Source: Isurus oxyrinchus (taxonomy: Eukaryota). Taken from it: DNA of 64,000 nt. Every line of letters begins with the position of its first letter. Within the stretch, counting starts at the first letter, position 1. The stretch covers positions 248,001-312,000 of the forward strand of contig JANJGN010000121.1 of assembly GCA_026770705.1 (NCBI GenBank). The letters are read 5' to 3'. The position numbers were made by a program, and so were the translations under genes. Positions 34,901-45,954 of the stretch are shown one piece after another. A model generated the notes under the pieces. The model was not told the DNA's origin. It saw only the letters and a list, made by a program, of their open reading frames with translations, and did not search any database.

Positions 34901-36819
34901 GCAAGGCTTGTGGCAGAAAGGGCCATTGACAGCGGCAGGGCACGAGAGCAAAGGCTGATGCAGCTACAAAGAGCCGTGCGCTGATCCAATCAAAATGTAA
35001 GAGTTAACCACATTGACGTGGAGTCTGGAGTCACATGTCGGCCAGACAATTTTGTTCCCTAAAGGGCACTGGTGAACCAGGTGGGATTTCCAACAATGGT
35101 TTTGTGGTCATCACTAGACTTTGAATTTCATCTTTTTATTAAATTCAAATTCCATCATCTATTATGGCAGGATTTGAACCCATATGCTCAGGACATTACC
35201 CTGGGTCTCTGAATTACTCGTCCAGCAACAATACCACTACACCATCACCTCACCTTATTCCATCACTGACAGAGAGCATGTTTGGTGGGCCAGTAGTGAC
35301 CAATTTCGCTACTCTTACCCATTCTACTCTCTCAGAAACCAGAGGGCAACTTTTAAAACTACAAGAGAAGATAAGGAATGTTCATGATAAAAATGGAGGT
35401 GCAGAGTTGCCAAGTTTACAGTTGGGACAAGTTCACATCCAGCATCCCACAGAAGGTTCATGACCACCAGCCGAGGTGACAAGGATTTGTTCAGAACCAA
35501 GGGCCTATGGAGTCAAACACACAAGGGCACAGCGGTGAGGCGGAACCGAGGATAAATCAGATCCATTCCCGCTCCTATTCCATCGAGGAGAAGATCCCAC
35601 ATGAAATCAGGAACAACATCCAAGGGTGACAATCCCACAGATCACTGTGAGCAGTTAAAGACACCTCCGGACAAGGTAACCAGCACAAGATCTGGGTGGA
35701 CCAGAAGGTTAAATCCAAACTTTAGAGAGTCAAATATTTAACAGTTCCATGCACTTATGTAATTGTCAATAAATATGAACATGATATGAGAAACCGTTTG
35801 TTCCCTGCCCTTCTGAAAGATCCATTCCTGCAGCGGGAGCCTGAAGAGTTACTGATAAGAGATTTAATTTATCGGATTGTGGAATGATCCGGAACTGAAG
35901 GAAGCCATTTGGCCCATCGAGCCTGTGCTGGGCCTTTGAAAGATCTGTCCAATTAGTCCCACTCTCACCTCTGCTCTCTCCTCCACAGCCCTGCAAAATG
36001 TCCCCTTCAAGTATTTATCCAGTTCCCCTTCTGAAAGTTCCTGTTGAATCTGCTTCCACCGCCCTTTCAGGCAGTGAGTCAATGGTCTCTCTCTGAGCTG
36101 CAAAGTGATAAGTTTCAATGAAATATAAACTCTGCAGCAGATCAGAAACAATCATGAGAACTCAGAATATTTGACAGTTTTACACACGGACAGCTTTACC
36201 TCCCTTCTCTCTATCAGTTATCTTGCTCCCTTATTGAAGTATCTAGCAAGGTGAGAATGGACAGGAAGTGTGACACTGAACAGCCTGTCTATTCTAGGAG
36301 CTGCTGTGTTGTCTTCATGGGAAATTCTGACAAAATCAGCAAAAGACACAAAATTTCAGGGCATTGTTATCCGAGTCCCAGCATCAGGATAGACCTCATC
36401 CCCCAGTTGGTGTTCCTGATTCTCTAGTCAGCGGATCGCTCCCCTGTCACTGGCTGAACTACACTGACTCCCAGTCCAGCAATGACTCAAATTTCAAATT
36501 CTCATCATTGAGTTCTACCCCACCATCCCCCCTCTACACTCTCTATCTGTGTAACCTCCTCCAACCCTAAATCCCTCTGAGATCTCTGCACTCCTCCAAT
36601 TCTACTGTCAGACAGGGAGTCAGTGTATATCAGTGAGCACAGGGGTGATGGATGAATGGGACTTGGTGTCAGTTTGTACACTGGCTCACTGCTGAATCGG
36701 TTCCCAATCACACTCAATAAGAATGATCTTTTACAAAGACTATTAGCCATAAAACTGTCCGAGCTGACGACGTTATTACCTTCGAGAAGTGACAGGAGGA
36801 AGTAGGATTTCCCGATCAT
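19658..36819 (-). CDS. Gene B (spliced, complete, about 478 aa): Siglec-like receptor, L-V(Arg-less)-C-C2(MAG d5-like)-TM-cytoplasmic tail
   Basis: Exons 36780-36819, 31159-31536, 26477-26773, 23819-24112, 22069-22165, 21264-21345, 19658-19906 are phase-compatible and sum to 1437 nt (479 codons including the stop). Confidence 0.8.
20055..20270. repeat. 33-bp minisatellite with a 66-bp dimer structure
   Basis: Alternating gacagcgcag and gtcagtctcg units. Confidence 0.88.
20416..21128 (+). mobile_element. Solo-LTR-like element
   Basis: TG...CA ends; absent from the paralogous gene A intron; similar to 16267-17095. Confidence 0.45.
21264..21345 (-). CDS. Gene B cytoplasmic exon 1 (RKTAMAERVSGTSDIALIPSPLSVKHQ)
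   Basis: Phase 2 in and phase 0 out; paralog of 469-550. Confidence 0.75.
21475..21950 (+). mobile_element. Non-LTR retrotransposon 3' fragment
   Basis: Same family as 52935-53990 (aagctcgacaccatccagga ... cttctcaaggggcaatta). Confidence 0.6.
22069..22165 (-). CDS. Gene B transmembrane exon
   Basis: Identical to the gene A TM exon. Confidence 0.88.
22700..23470. repeat. 37-bp AT-rich minisatellite (aatctatgtaacatttatatataatatttatccattt)
   Basis: About 20 units; a single unit sits at the paralogous position in gene A (1843-1877). Confidence 0.92.
23819..24112 (-). CDS. Gene B membrane-proximal Ig exon, MAG domain 5 / Siglec-5,-10 last-domain type
   Basis: KPEISQQSECTRRSEGVTCICVANSNPPGDLTWHLP..VTGSLTL..SCSVQNPHG has the C-x7-C-x-C pattern of these domains; 294 nt, phase 1-1. 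Confidence 0.85.
24415..24700. repeat. 37-bp tandem repeat (tatctctgtaacctcctccagcccctacaaccctccc)
   Basis: About 7 units; degenerate reverse-complement arrays at 29750-30050 and 57880-58360. Confidence 0.85.
24830..25885 (+). mobile_element. Penelope-like retroelement 3' part (GIY-YIG endonuclease and terminal repeat)
   Basis: NLIYCIHCSQCGLLYIGDTKRRL..HFNT..EQHLIF..GTLQPSGLN; terminal ctctgaagaggagtcatacggactcgaaac repeat also at 10735-10865, 43775-43905 and 48642-48858. Confidence 0.85.
26214..26285 (-). pseudogene. 3' remnant of a C2 exon in gene B
   Basis: DYQCVAENEHGAVEGFITITVE plus donor; the rest of the exon is missing. Confidence 0.7.
26477..26773 (-). CDS. Gene B Siglec domain-2 C-set exon
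   Basis: 297 nt, near-identical to 10185-10481. Confidence 0.9.
27587..27963 (-). pseudogene. Gene B second V-set exon, inactivated
   Basis: TGA stop at 27926-27928, 1-nt deletion near 27890 (377 nt versus 378), donor GT changed to AT at 27585-27586; retains YFFRIE. Confidence 0.88.
28020..28850 (+). mobile_element. CR1-like LINE 3' fragment
   Basis: Degenerate FADDTKLGG, QRDLGVLVH and FKTEMRRNFLSQR motifs; copy at 56477-57270. Confidence 0.85.
30060..31020 (-). mobile_element. L2-like LINE RT fragment
   Basis: RPISSLSFTSKVLE..ETALIKVTN..LLDLSAAFDTLDH; copy at 58370-59330. Confidence 0.85.
31159..31536 (-). CDS. Gene B V-set exon lacking the essential Arg (YFFMIK)
   Basis: Intact 378-nt phase 1-1 exon with the Siglec Cys pattern; Arg replaced by Met. 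Confidence 0.9.
31760..33455 (+). mobile_element. LTR-like sequences (two adjacent, ending in ...taaca); copy at 60200-61892
   Basis: Non-coding, AATAAA signals, TG..CA-type ends; family not identified. Confidence 0.35.
33644..35720 (+). mobile_element. Degenerate Gypsy-type LTR retrotransposon (PBS-like site, gag with zinc knuckles, integrase-end remnant)
   Basis: aca|tggtgatcagtggtgg PBS-like site; MSTKFPSLNW..; CGRCG..CPA..CKACGRKGH; frameshifted. Confidence 0.75.
36780..36819 (-). CDS. Gene B signal-peptide exon (MIGKSYFLLSLLE)
   Basis: Paralog of 15138-15177; G|gtaat donor. Confidence 0.78.
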
Positions 36820-37269
36820 TGTCCACTCCCAGATACTTCATAAGCTTCTGACTCTCAAACTCTGAAAGAGAAAAGAGTTAATGAGACCTCATCTCTTGTC
36901 CGACAGCTCTCAAGAGATCAGAACTGCTTTTGGACAATGTCTTGACAGACTAATTTGATTCTCTGTGGGATGATAGGTGCTCTGCAGAGAGTTACAAGGC
37001 TTTAAGAAAGAAAAACATTAAAGGATTTGCATTTCTATAGCACCTTTCACCACCTCAAGACGTCCCAAAGCTCATGTCTCTGCACTTCCCTCATCCCCTG
37101 AGCTAGAAAGATGTTCTGTACAACAGACTTGAGCCTCACACCCTGATCTCAATAATCAGTAGAAATCTTTCAAAGGCATCAATCATTGGAATCTGTCTTT
37201 ATAAAGTCACAACATCAACAAAGGACGGTGTTGGTGGTGGAAGTGAATTCCAATCGTTCCGTTACTTAC

Positions 37270-37410
37270 CCAGTACCTGTCCGACTGCTCGCCTGGGGAG
37301 GAACTGCCCACACGCTCTGCTTGGGCTGAATGACCTCTTACTGTGCTGCTCCCTCTGTGTGTTTAATTAGAAAGGGTGGATGTGTCACTGTGAGACAAAA
37401 TGAGGAAGTG
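37270..37410 (-). promoter_or_regulatory. Gene B putative 5'UTR exon (37270-37354) and PU.1-like site AAAATGAGGAAGTG
   Basis: Copy of the 15610-15750 block. Confidence 0.5.
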
Positions 37411-37629
37411 GGTAATCAGTGAGAAGATCGAGGATGTTTTGTGCTCTCAGCAAAACGTTTACCATGTGTGATCTGTCAGCTCATATTTGGGCAGCTGTAG
37501 TCATGAAGCTTCTCCATTGGCTCCGTGGGATTAGACTCCTCCCCCTCACCACTGAGGCTGAAACTCAGGCGATAGAGTCCCCAACACAGGTCTCGGGCCG
37601 TATGATACATTTCAACGACCCCTGTTATC

Positions 37630-39520
37630 ATTACGGAGGGAGTGCTGCACTGTCAGCGGGACTCTACTGTGGGAGTGCTGCACTGTGGGAGGGTCAGTAA
37701 TGTGGGAGTGCTGCACTATCAGAGGGTCAGTAATGAGGGAGTGCTGCACTGTCAGAGGGTCAGTAATGTGGGATTGCTGCGCTGTCAGAGGGTCAGTAAT
37801 GAGGGAGTGCTGCACTGTCAGAGGGTCAGTAATGTGGGAGTGCTGCACTGTCAGAGGGTCAGTAATGAGGGAGTGCTGCACGGTCAGAGGTTCAGTACTG
37901 AGGGAGTGCTGCACTGTCAGATGGTCAGTACTGAGGGAGTGCTGCACTGTCGGAGGTTCAGTACTGAGGGAGTGCTGCACTGTCACCGGGTCAGTAATGA
38001 GGGAATGCTGCACTGTCAGATTGTCTGCACTGAGTGAGTTCCGCACAGTCAGAGGGTCAGTATTGAGGGGGTGCCGGACTGTGGGAGGGTTAGTACTGAG
38101 GTAGAGTGGAGTGTGAGAAGATATCCTTTCATGGCAAAGTTTAACTGGAATTTATTTAAACAGAATTCTTGTACTGTGTGTTATTGCAAAAGAAAGGATT
38201 TGAGGAACTAAGTCTTGTTCCCGTAAGCCTAAAAATAATTTTCATCGATTTCAATGATTTAGCATTGAAACCTCCCTCTTTGTGCACCAGTCTTGATTGA
38301 AACAACTCGCACAGCACTGTGGGAGGGTGAGTACTGAGGGAGTGCTGCACTGTGGGAGGGTGAGTACTGAGGGAGTGCTGCACTGTGGGAGGGTGAGTAC
38401 TGAGGGAGTGCTGCACTGTGGGAGGGGGAGTACTGAGGGAGTGCTGCACTGTGGGAGGGGGAGTACTGAGGGAGTGCTGCACTGTGGGAGGGTGTGTACA
38501 GAGGGAGTGCTGCACTGTGGGAGGGTGAGAATTGAGGGAGTGCTGCACTGTGGGAAGGTGAGTACAGAGGGATGGCTGCACTGTGGGAGGGTGAGTACTG
38601 AGGGAGTGCTGCACTGTCAGTGCGTCTGTACCGAGGGAGTGCTGCACTGTCAGAGGGTCGGAAATGAGGGAGTGCTGCACTGTCAGAGGGTCAGTAATGA
38701 GGGAGTGCTGCACTGTCAGAGGGTCAGTAATGAGGGAGGGCTGCACTATCAGAGGGTAAGTAATGTGGGAGTGCTGAACTGTCGGCGGGTCTGTATTGAA
38801 TGAGTTCCGCATAGTCAGAGGGTCAGTATTGAGGGGGTGCCGGACTGTGGGAGGGTTAGTACTGAGGTAGAGCCGAGTGTGAGAAGGTATCCTTTCATGG
38901 CAAAGTTTAACTGGAATTTATTTAAACAGAATTCTTGTACTGTGTGTTATTGCAAAAGAAAGGATTTGAGGAACTAAGTCTTGTTCCCATAAGCCTAAAA
39001 ATAATTTTCACCGATTCAATGATTTAGCATTGAAACCTCCCTCTTTGGGCACCAGTCTTGATTGAATCAACTCGAACAGCACTGTGGGAGGGTGAGTACT
39101 GAGGGAGTGCTGCACTGTAGGAGGGTGAGTACTGAGGGAGTGCTGCACTGTGGGAGGGTTAGCACTGAGGGAGTGCTGCACTGTCAGAGAGTCTGTAATG
39201 AGGGAGTGCTGCACTGTCAGAAGGTGTGTACCGTGGGAGTGCTGAACTGTCGGAAGGTCAGTAGTGAGGGAGGGATACAGTGCCAGAGGATCAGTACTGA
39301 GGGAGTGCTGCACTGTGGGTGGATGAGTACTGAGGGAGTGCTGCACTGTCAGATTGTCAGCCATGAGGGTGTGCTGCACTGTCAGAAGGTCAGTGCTGAC
39401 AGGGTGCTGCACTTGAAAAGGGTCAATAATGAGGTAGTGCAGCACTGTCAGAGGGACAGTAATGAGGGAGCGCTGCACTGACCGAGGGTCAGGATTGAGG
39501 AAACGCTGCACTGTCAGTTC
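37630..39520. repeat. Three 33-bp minisatellite blocks with a duplicated ~210-bp spacer
   Basis: Blocks 37630-38100, 38310-38865 and 39075-39520; spacer 38100-38310 repeated at 38865-39075. Confidence 0.92.
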
Positions 39521-40214
39521 TGTGCGTGGTCTGCAATGTCCTAAGTGCATTCTAGGCACAGCCCAAGATTCCGCCTGATGTCTGTGTAACAACAACATCA
39601 TGTACATGTCGAGAATAATTCTCACTGTGTTGGTGCAGCAAGACAGTTTTGGAATGGCACCACCACTGGCAGGAGTGTGCAGCTGCAATGTGACGTGTTT
39701 ACATTGAAAATTTCCATTATACAGATGGCCACAGGAATTCATCTGACTGGAAAAAGTGACAACATGAAATAATGTCTTTGAGCCAAGAATCTGGCAGCAA
39801 AATAAGAATTTTAATCCATAAGTATCTACAGAAAAGGCTGAACATTTTAATCACTTGTGTTAATCAATGTAATTTTATTCATAACCCAAATGCTTCTTAC
39901 AATCTATCGCAGCATGAAAAAGGTGCAGCATTCAGAAAGCTCATTCCAATCAGAGAACAGAGTTTAGCAATGTCACATTTCTGTTCATTCCTATTCGACC
40001 ATGTTGGCTGCACACAGCCAGACAATGCCGTGGTATGATGTGTCCACACAGCAGGACTGGGGAGCACCAGGTATAAGGAAAAGTTTCAGCTTGCTGAGGA
40101 GAAGAAGGAGAATCTCTCGTTCCAGGTTTCTCTCCGTACATTAAGAAGCAGGCATGCCAATGTTTCATTGCACTCTGTCTGCTGATGGGAGTCCGCTTGG
40201 AAATTACTGTTTGT

Positions 40215-40820
40215 GCTGATGGAAAGAATAAGCTTTTCATAAATCGAGGGATTGAGTACAAACACAGGGAGGTTATGCTGAACATTTATAAAGCTCTGGT
40301 TAGGTCACAACTAGAGTATTGTGTCCAGTTCTGGTCTCCTCACTTTGGGAAGGAAGTGAGGGTCCTTGAGAGGGTGGGGAGGAGATTGAGCAGAATGGGT
40401 CCAGGGATGAGGGATTTTAGCTACAAGGTTGGGTTGGAGAAGCTGGGGTTGTTCTCCTTGGAGCAAAGGAGATTGAGGGGGGATCTGATCGAGGTGTACA
40501 AGATGATGATGGGTTTAGATACGGTAGACAAAGAGAAGCTGTTGCCATTAGCTGATGGGACAAGGACTGGGGGACACAGATTGAAGATTTTGGACAGAGG
40601 GGGATGTGAGGAGGAACTTTTTTACACAGCGAGTGGTAATGAGCTGGAACTCGCTGCCTACGAGGATGGTGGAAGCGGAGACGATGAATGATTTCAAAAG
40701 GAAATTGGATGGACACTTGTAGAGATACAGGGATAGAGAGGGGGAATGGGACTGACTGGATTGCTCTACAGAGAGACAGCATGGACTTAATGGGCTGAAT
40801 GGTCTCCTACTGTGCTGGAA
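40215..40820 (+). mobile_element. CR1-like LINE 3' end
   Basis: YKALVRSQLEYCVQFWSP..LGLFSLEQRRLRGDLIEVYK. Confidence 0.9.
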
Positions 40821-40938
40821 TGCCTCTCTGATACGAAGGTGATTCTAACCAGGACACTGACCAGTTTCATTACAACTTAACACAACATCACACGTTATTT
40901 GTCCGCACTGACTGACCAGATTGTTGCTGTACAAATCT

Positions 40939-41078
40939 TCAAACAGTCTGTCGACTTCCTTTCACTGTTTGTCTCTCCCAGACACAGACTCCAGCGATAG
41001 TGATAACCACAGCCACAAGGAATATCACAGCTCGTATTCCCAGGATCAGGATCACGTGCAGAATCTCTCCTCCACTGT
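40939..41078 (-). CDS. Gene C terminal TM exon with intramembrane Arg and a short tail (SGGEILHVILILGIRAVIFLVAVVITIAGVCVWERQTVKGSRQTV*)
   Basis: Strong ttttttctgtgtgttctctag acceptor; the phase-1 reading gives a long hydrophobic segment with one Arg and a 12-aa Tyr-free tail. Confidence 0.8.
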
Positions 41079-42750
41079 CTAGAGAACACACAGAAAAAAA
41101 TCATCACTGACTCTCCGCTTTCAATCTCTCACTCTGGCTGAACAATCAAGCTTCATATCACTGCAACATTTGCTGTAATATTGACCCATCCACTGGGATT
41201 CAATGTGGAATGAATGTTTTCATTGTAAACACTCTAAGAGTGGACAATCGGAACTTTCCCCTTGGCGTGGAACATTGGTGAGAATGGATCATTGTGCTGT
41301 TGGACTCCCTGTCCAATGTTTCTCTCCATCGCTGTGTACAGGATTGTGCTGTAGAAAATTCTGGAAACGTTTAGTGCAGGGTGGAAATCCATCTCGGATG
41401 CGTGTGCGAATCGGGCAGGATCGAGATGGACTCCCCCACGGACTTACACCCCCCGCTTAATAAACAGTTCCAGTCTTTACCCAGAGAGAGGGGAGAATGT
41501 GGAACTCACTCCCACAGGGAGTGGTCGAGGTGAACAGTATCGATGTATTTAAGGGGCAGGAGGGTCGGTAACCAGAGGGACACAGATTGACCAACTGGAG
41601 GGGGAGATGAGGAGAATTTGTTTTGACAGAGCGAGTTGTTGTGATCTGGAAGGTTCTGCCTGAAAGGGTGGTGGAAGCAGATTCAATAGGAACTTTCAAA
41701 AGGGAAATTGGATAAACACTTGAAGGAGGAAGATGGGGTAAAGTGGAGTGGTGGTTAGTGGATCTGATTGGATAGAACATTGAAAGACCTGGCACAGCCT
41801 CAATGGGCTGAATGGCCTCCTCCTGTGCTGTATCATTCTCCGCTTCCATGATCTCTCCCCCAGTCAGTAACCACTCCAGATCCCTCTTGAAGGTGACAGA
41901 GAGACAGCAACGACCACACCCACTGACAGCACATTCCCGAGGATCACTACTCTCTGGGAAAAGATGAACTCCCCAACATCCAGCCTATTCCTGCTTCCCA
42001 GAGAGTGTAAACCCTTCAGGGAGGCGCTGAGGAAGTTTTCAATAAAATGAATTATCAAATCTATCATTTGAGTAATAATTTAATTCTGATGAACTCACAG
42101 CTTATGTAGCAAACTGGGAAGTGGGAGTTGCTTGAAAAGCTGGGAAACACAAGGATTAAGTGCTACAATGCCACCACTGGTGGGAGACTGTAACTACAGC
42201 GTGACGTTTACATAGGCAGTCATCATTATAAACAGGGGCATTGGACATACTGGGAAATATGTGCACTGGAAAGGTGAGTAAATGATGTAAGATTTTCACC
42301 AGCAGGAATTCTCGAACTAAACCTCTCCACCTCTCTCTTACTCTCAGATACACAAACAAAATCACACAGAATCAGATAAGGAGGAGTTGGGGCCGGTGAT
42401 TGTTCGAAGGGTTAGCTTTCAGGAAGCTTCTTAAAGGGAGAGAGAGAGTTGGAGAGGCAGAGAGTATCTGTGAGTGTCTCTATGCATCTGACTGTCTGTA
42501 ATAGACTTTGTAATTTCCATATTCTTCCATAAACATGATTGGGAACACAAATCCCAGAATTCAGGCCAACTCTCCAGTGCAGTACTCAGGTAAGCCACAG
42601 GGGAGTGTGTGCTAGTGTGTTTGTTCGTGAGTGTGTCTTTGTAATTGCTCATACATGTGTGTCTGCATGTGTCTATTTAGTTCTGTATATTTGTGTGTGT
42701 TTGTGTAATGTTTGAATCTGAGAGAGATGTTGATGTCTGTGTACACTCAC

Positions 42751-42903
42751 GTTCCACAGTGATGGTTATGAACCCCTCCACTGCTCCATGTTCATTCTCT
42801 GCCACACACTGATAGTCTCCAGTGTCCCGATATGTAATGGGAGGAATCACCAACCACAGCTCATTGTTGGAACTTGTTCTGTTCATTTGGACATTAAGAT
42901 GTC
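42751..42903 (-). pseudogene. 5'-truncated C2 exon of gene C
   Basis: HLNVQMNRT..DYQCVAE..TVE with donor; 5' half and acceptor replaced by unrelated DNA. Confidence 0.8.
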
Positions 42904-43226
42904 AGGGCAGGAATCAAGAAGCCCGTTCGCAGGATTACCAACAGAAAGTGAACCACAATTTATACTTAATGGGAAGAGAGTGCTGATTGGTTGGCAAGTG
43001 GTCTCTGATAGGTGGACGTGTTGCCATGGAGAATGGTGTGTGCGAGATGTAAACTTTAGACAGCTTGTCTCTTTATTCAGCAATAATCAAATAAAGATCA
43101 ATTAACTTCAATCGACTGTGAAGCACTTTGAGAGGTCTGAGAATGTGGACACTGAGAACGGGCTGCACTGTCAGAGGGTCAGCGCTGAGGGAGTGCTGAT
43201 GTAGAATGAAAGGTGTATGTACTTAC

Positions 43227-43523
43227 CTTGCACAGTTAGTACGAGGGTCCGCTCCGATGAAACAGATGGATATCTCACTCTGCAGCTGAGATTGTGTCCG
43301 TGGTGTTTGAGTGATGGGATCAGGGTCAGAACAGAAATATAGGTCAGAGTGACACCATGCTGAGTTACAGTGTTTGAGACTGATCCAGGTACGTCAGTGG
43401 GAGTGTCCCAGGTTAAGACAGGTGCTGCTGTTCCATTGCACGTTGTGTTGATGGTGCAGCTTACATCCACATGCTTTCCTGCAATAATTTCAGCAGGGAA
43501 TATCGTGGGTTTATCTGTGAAAT
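43227..43523 (-). CDS. Gene C Siglec domain-2 C-set exon (intact)
   Basis: 297 nt, open, canonical splice sites. Confidence 0.8.
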
Positions 43524-44382
43524 CTAACAGACAGAGAATGGATCCTTTTAGAGAAATATAACGTGAAGCATCAGTTCAAATAGAAATCACAGTCCCACAA
43601 GAGAAAGCACTTTTACAAGGATGATATCAGAACTGAGAGGTTACAATGATCAGGAAAGATTTTCTTGCTCTTTGGCAGTAGTGTTTCTGTCTCTCAGCTT
43701 AATACACGTTCACTCCGAGACATGTGAATTGAGAACACTGGATGAGAGAAGAGGCTCAGACCAGAGATTGGAGTTAAAAGCAGAATACTGCGGATGCTGG
43801 AAATCTGAAACAAAAACAAAAATTGCTGGAAAGACTCAGCAGGTCTGACAGTATCAGTGGAGAGGAAGACAGGGTTAACGTTTCGAGTCCGTATGACTCT
43901 TCATCAGACCAGAGGTTTGAGTTCACTGGCTTCTCATTTCCTCAGTGATCTGGGTGTTTTATCACCTTGTGGTTTGTTGGATCTTGCTGTGCACAAACTG
44001 CCTGCTGTGTTTAACATCTGTGACCACAATTCAGGAATAATTTCATTGGCTGTGAAGGGATTTGGATCCTCCTGAGGTGGTAAATTGCGCTACAGAAATG
44101 CACATCTTTCTTTTATCGATACGTCAGACTTTTAAACAGGACAGGAGAGATTGATGGGTGTGGATAACCTGATAATACAGTTAATGCTTTTCATCATTGA
44201 TATTAAAGTGAGTATTAGAGGTTGCTTTAGGACTGAACTGGAAGCTATCACCAGGTTATTGAGAATCAGACAGTGTGTTATAATAAGCTGTGTTTTGTGT
44301 TAATATGTAAACGTCACAGTTTGTGTTATTTCCCATTGAGTGTTGGATGTGAATTGTTGAGTAATTATAACACAGCACTTAC

Positions 44383-44413
44383 CAGAAACGTGAAGCTGGG
44401 TTACAGGGTAATA
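44383..44413 (-). pseudogene. V-exon 3' stump (YPVTQLHVS) fused to the upstream intron
   Basis: Flanks match gene A 11341-11360 and 11718 onward; about 345 bp including the acceptor are missing. Confidence 0.85.
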
Positions 44414-45104
44414 TAAATGTCAATATTTAACTCTGGATGGTTTGTCAATCCACTAGACTTGATATCCACTCCCTCCATCACTGGGGCACAGTGGCTGCAA
44501 TGTGGACTAACTACAGGACACACAAGGAACTCCCCAAGGTTTCACAATGGATGGAAGAGAATCCTGGACACAGGAGTGGACAAGTTCATTCTACATTGGC
44601 TCATGGTCCTCAGGACCCTGTTTAGTGAAGCCAGTCTTCCACCCAACACAGTGTCTACAAGACACACAGGGAAACTGTGTAAACATCTCATCTCTCTACA
44701 CCGACTGGTTTGGCTTCGGTTTAACTTTCAGTTATTTTACTTCCTTATTGTGGTTGCTATGGTGAAACTGTGCAGGAAGTGTGAGGGCTGGACTCTCTGT
44801 CTATTCTGACTGCAGCTGTGATGTGGTCGTGGTGTTTCTCAGTAAAATGAAACCCTCTGATCTCCTCCATCGCCGAGGTTTAGGGAGTGAATTCCAGAGC
44901 TCAGGCCCCAGGCAGCTGAAGGCACGGCCGCCAGTATTGGAGTGATGGGAATCGGGGGATGGTCAAGAGGCCGGAATTGGAGTAACACAGAGATCTGGGA
45001 AGTTGTTTGGTTGAGTTGCAGGACGTTACAGAGATAAAGAGATAAGAATGATCTTTTACAAAAACTGTTAAACATAAATCTGTCCATACTGACAATGATA
45101 TTAC

Positions 45105-45144
45105 CTTGGAGAAGTGACAGGAGGAAGTAAGATTTCCCGATCAT
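45105..45144 (-). CDS. Gene C proximal signal-peptide exon (MIGKSYFLLSLLQ)
   Basis: Paralog of the other leader exons, intact donor. Confidence 0.7.
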
Positions 45145-45594
45145 TGTCCACTCCCAGATATTCCATCCACTTCTCACTCTCAAGCTGTGAAAGAGAAAAG
45201 AGTTAATGAGACTTCACCTATTGTCCGACAGCTTTCAAGAGATCAGAACAGCTTTTAGACAATATCTTCACAGAATAATTTGATTCTCTGTGGGATGATA
45301 GGTGATCTGCAGAGAGTTACAAGGCTTTAAGAAAGAAAAACAATGAAGGATTTGCATTTCTATCGCAGCTTTCACCTCCTCAGGATGGCCCAAAGCTCAT
45401 GTCTCTGCAGTTCCCTCATCCCTTGAGCTAGAAAGATGTTCTGTACAACAGACTTGAGCCTCACACCCAGATCTCAATAATCAGTAGAAATCTTTCAAAG
45501 GCATCAATCATTGGAATCTGTCTTTATAAAGTCACAACATCAACAAAGGACGGTGTTGGTGGTGGAAGTGAATTCCAATCGTTCCGTTACTTAC

Positions 45595-45736
45595 CCAGTA
45601 CCTGTCCGACTGCTCGCCTGGGGAGGAACTGCCCACACGCTCTGCTTGGGCTGAATGACCTCTTCCTGTGCTGCCCCCTCTGTGTATTTAGTGAGAAAGG
45701 GTTGATGTGTCTCTGTGAGACAAAATGAGGAAGTTG
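45595..45736 (-). promoter_or_regulatory. Putative 5'UTR exon / promoter block copy
   Basis: Copy of 15610-15750 with GAGGAAGT. Confidence 0.45.
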
Positions 45737-45954
45737 GATCAAAGTAACAGAGCAGCTCATGTTTTGAGATGTTGGTGAACTTTGTGTCCTGACCCTGTGG
45801 TGATATTTCTGCTCACAGGTGGACAGTCAATGACCAGGAGTTTCTCCTGTGGGTCAGTGGGTTTCACAGCCAAATTCAGGGGGTCAGAATGTTGTGGGAT
45901 TCAAGACCCGATTCAGGGGACGTCTGCCCCACAGAGTAGACTGAAACTCCCCAG

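Larger units (their letters stand above)
26477..34990. repeat. Segmental duplication, paralogous to 55019-63427 (offset about 28.4 kb)
   Basis: Collinear C exon, two V exons, CR1, L2, LTR and gag fragments with high identity and a few indels. Confidence 0.95.
40939..45144 (-). pseudogene. Gene C: activating-type Siglec-like gene with V exon deleted and C2 exon truncated (pseudogene, or a V-less 158-aa product)
   Basis: Leader 45105-45144, V remnant 44383-44413, intact C exon 43227-43523, truncated C2 42751-42903, charged-TM terminal exon 40939-41078. Confidence 0.72.

Noticed and set aside
37612-39742. Repetitive VQHSLSTDP / EGVLHC ORFs and a superficial CRISPR-like look
   Set aside because: 33-bp tandem minisatellite without unique spacers or cas genes, in a vertebrate context
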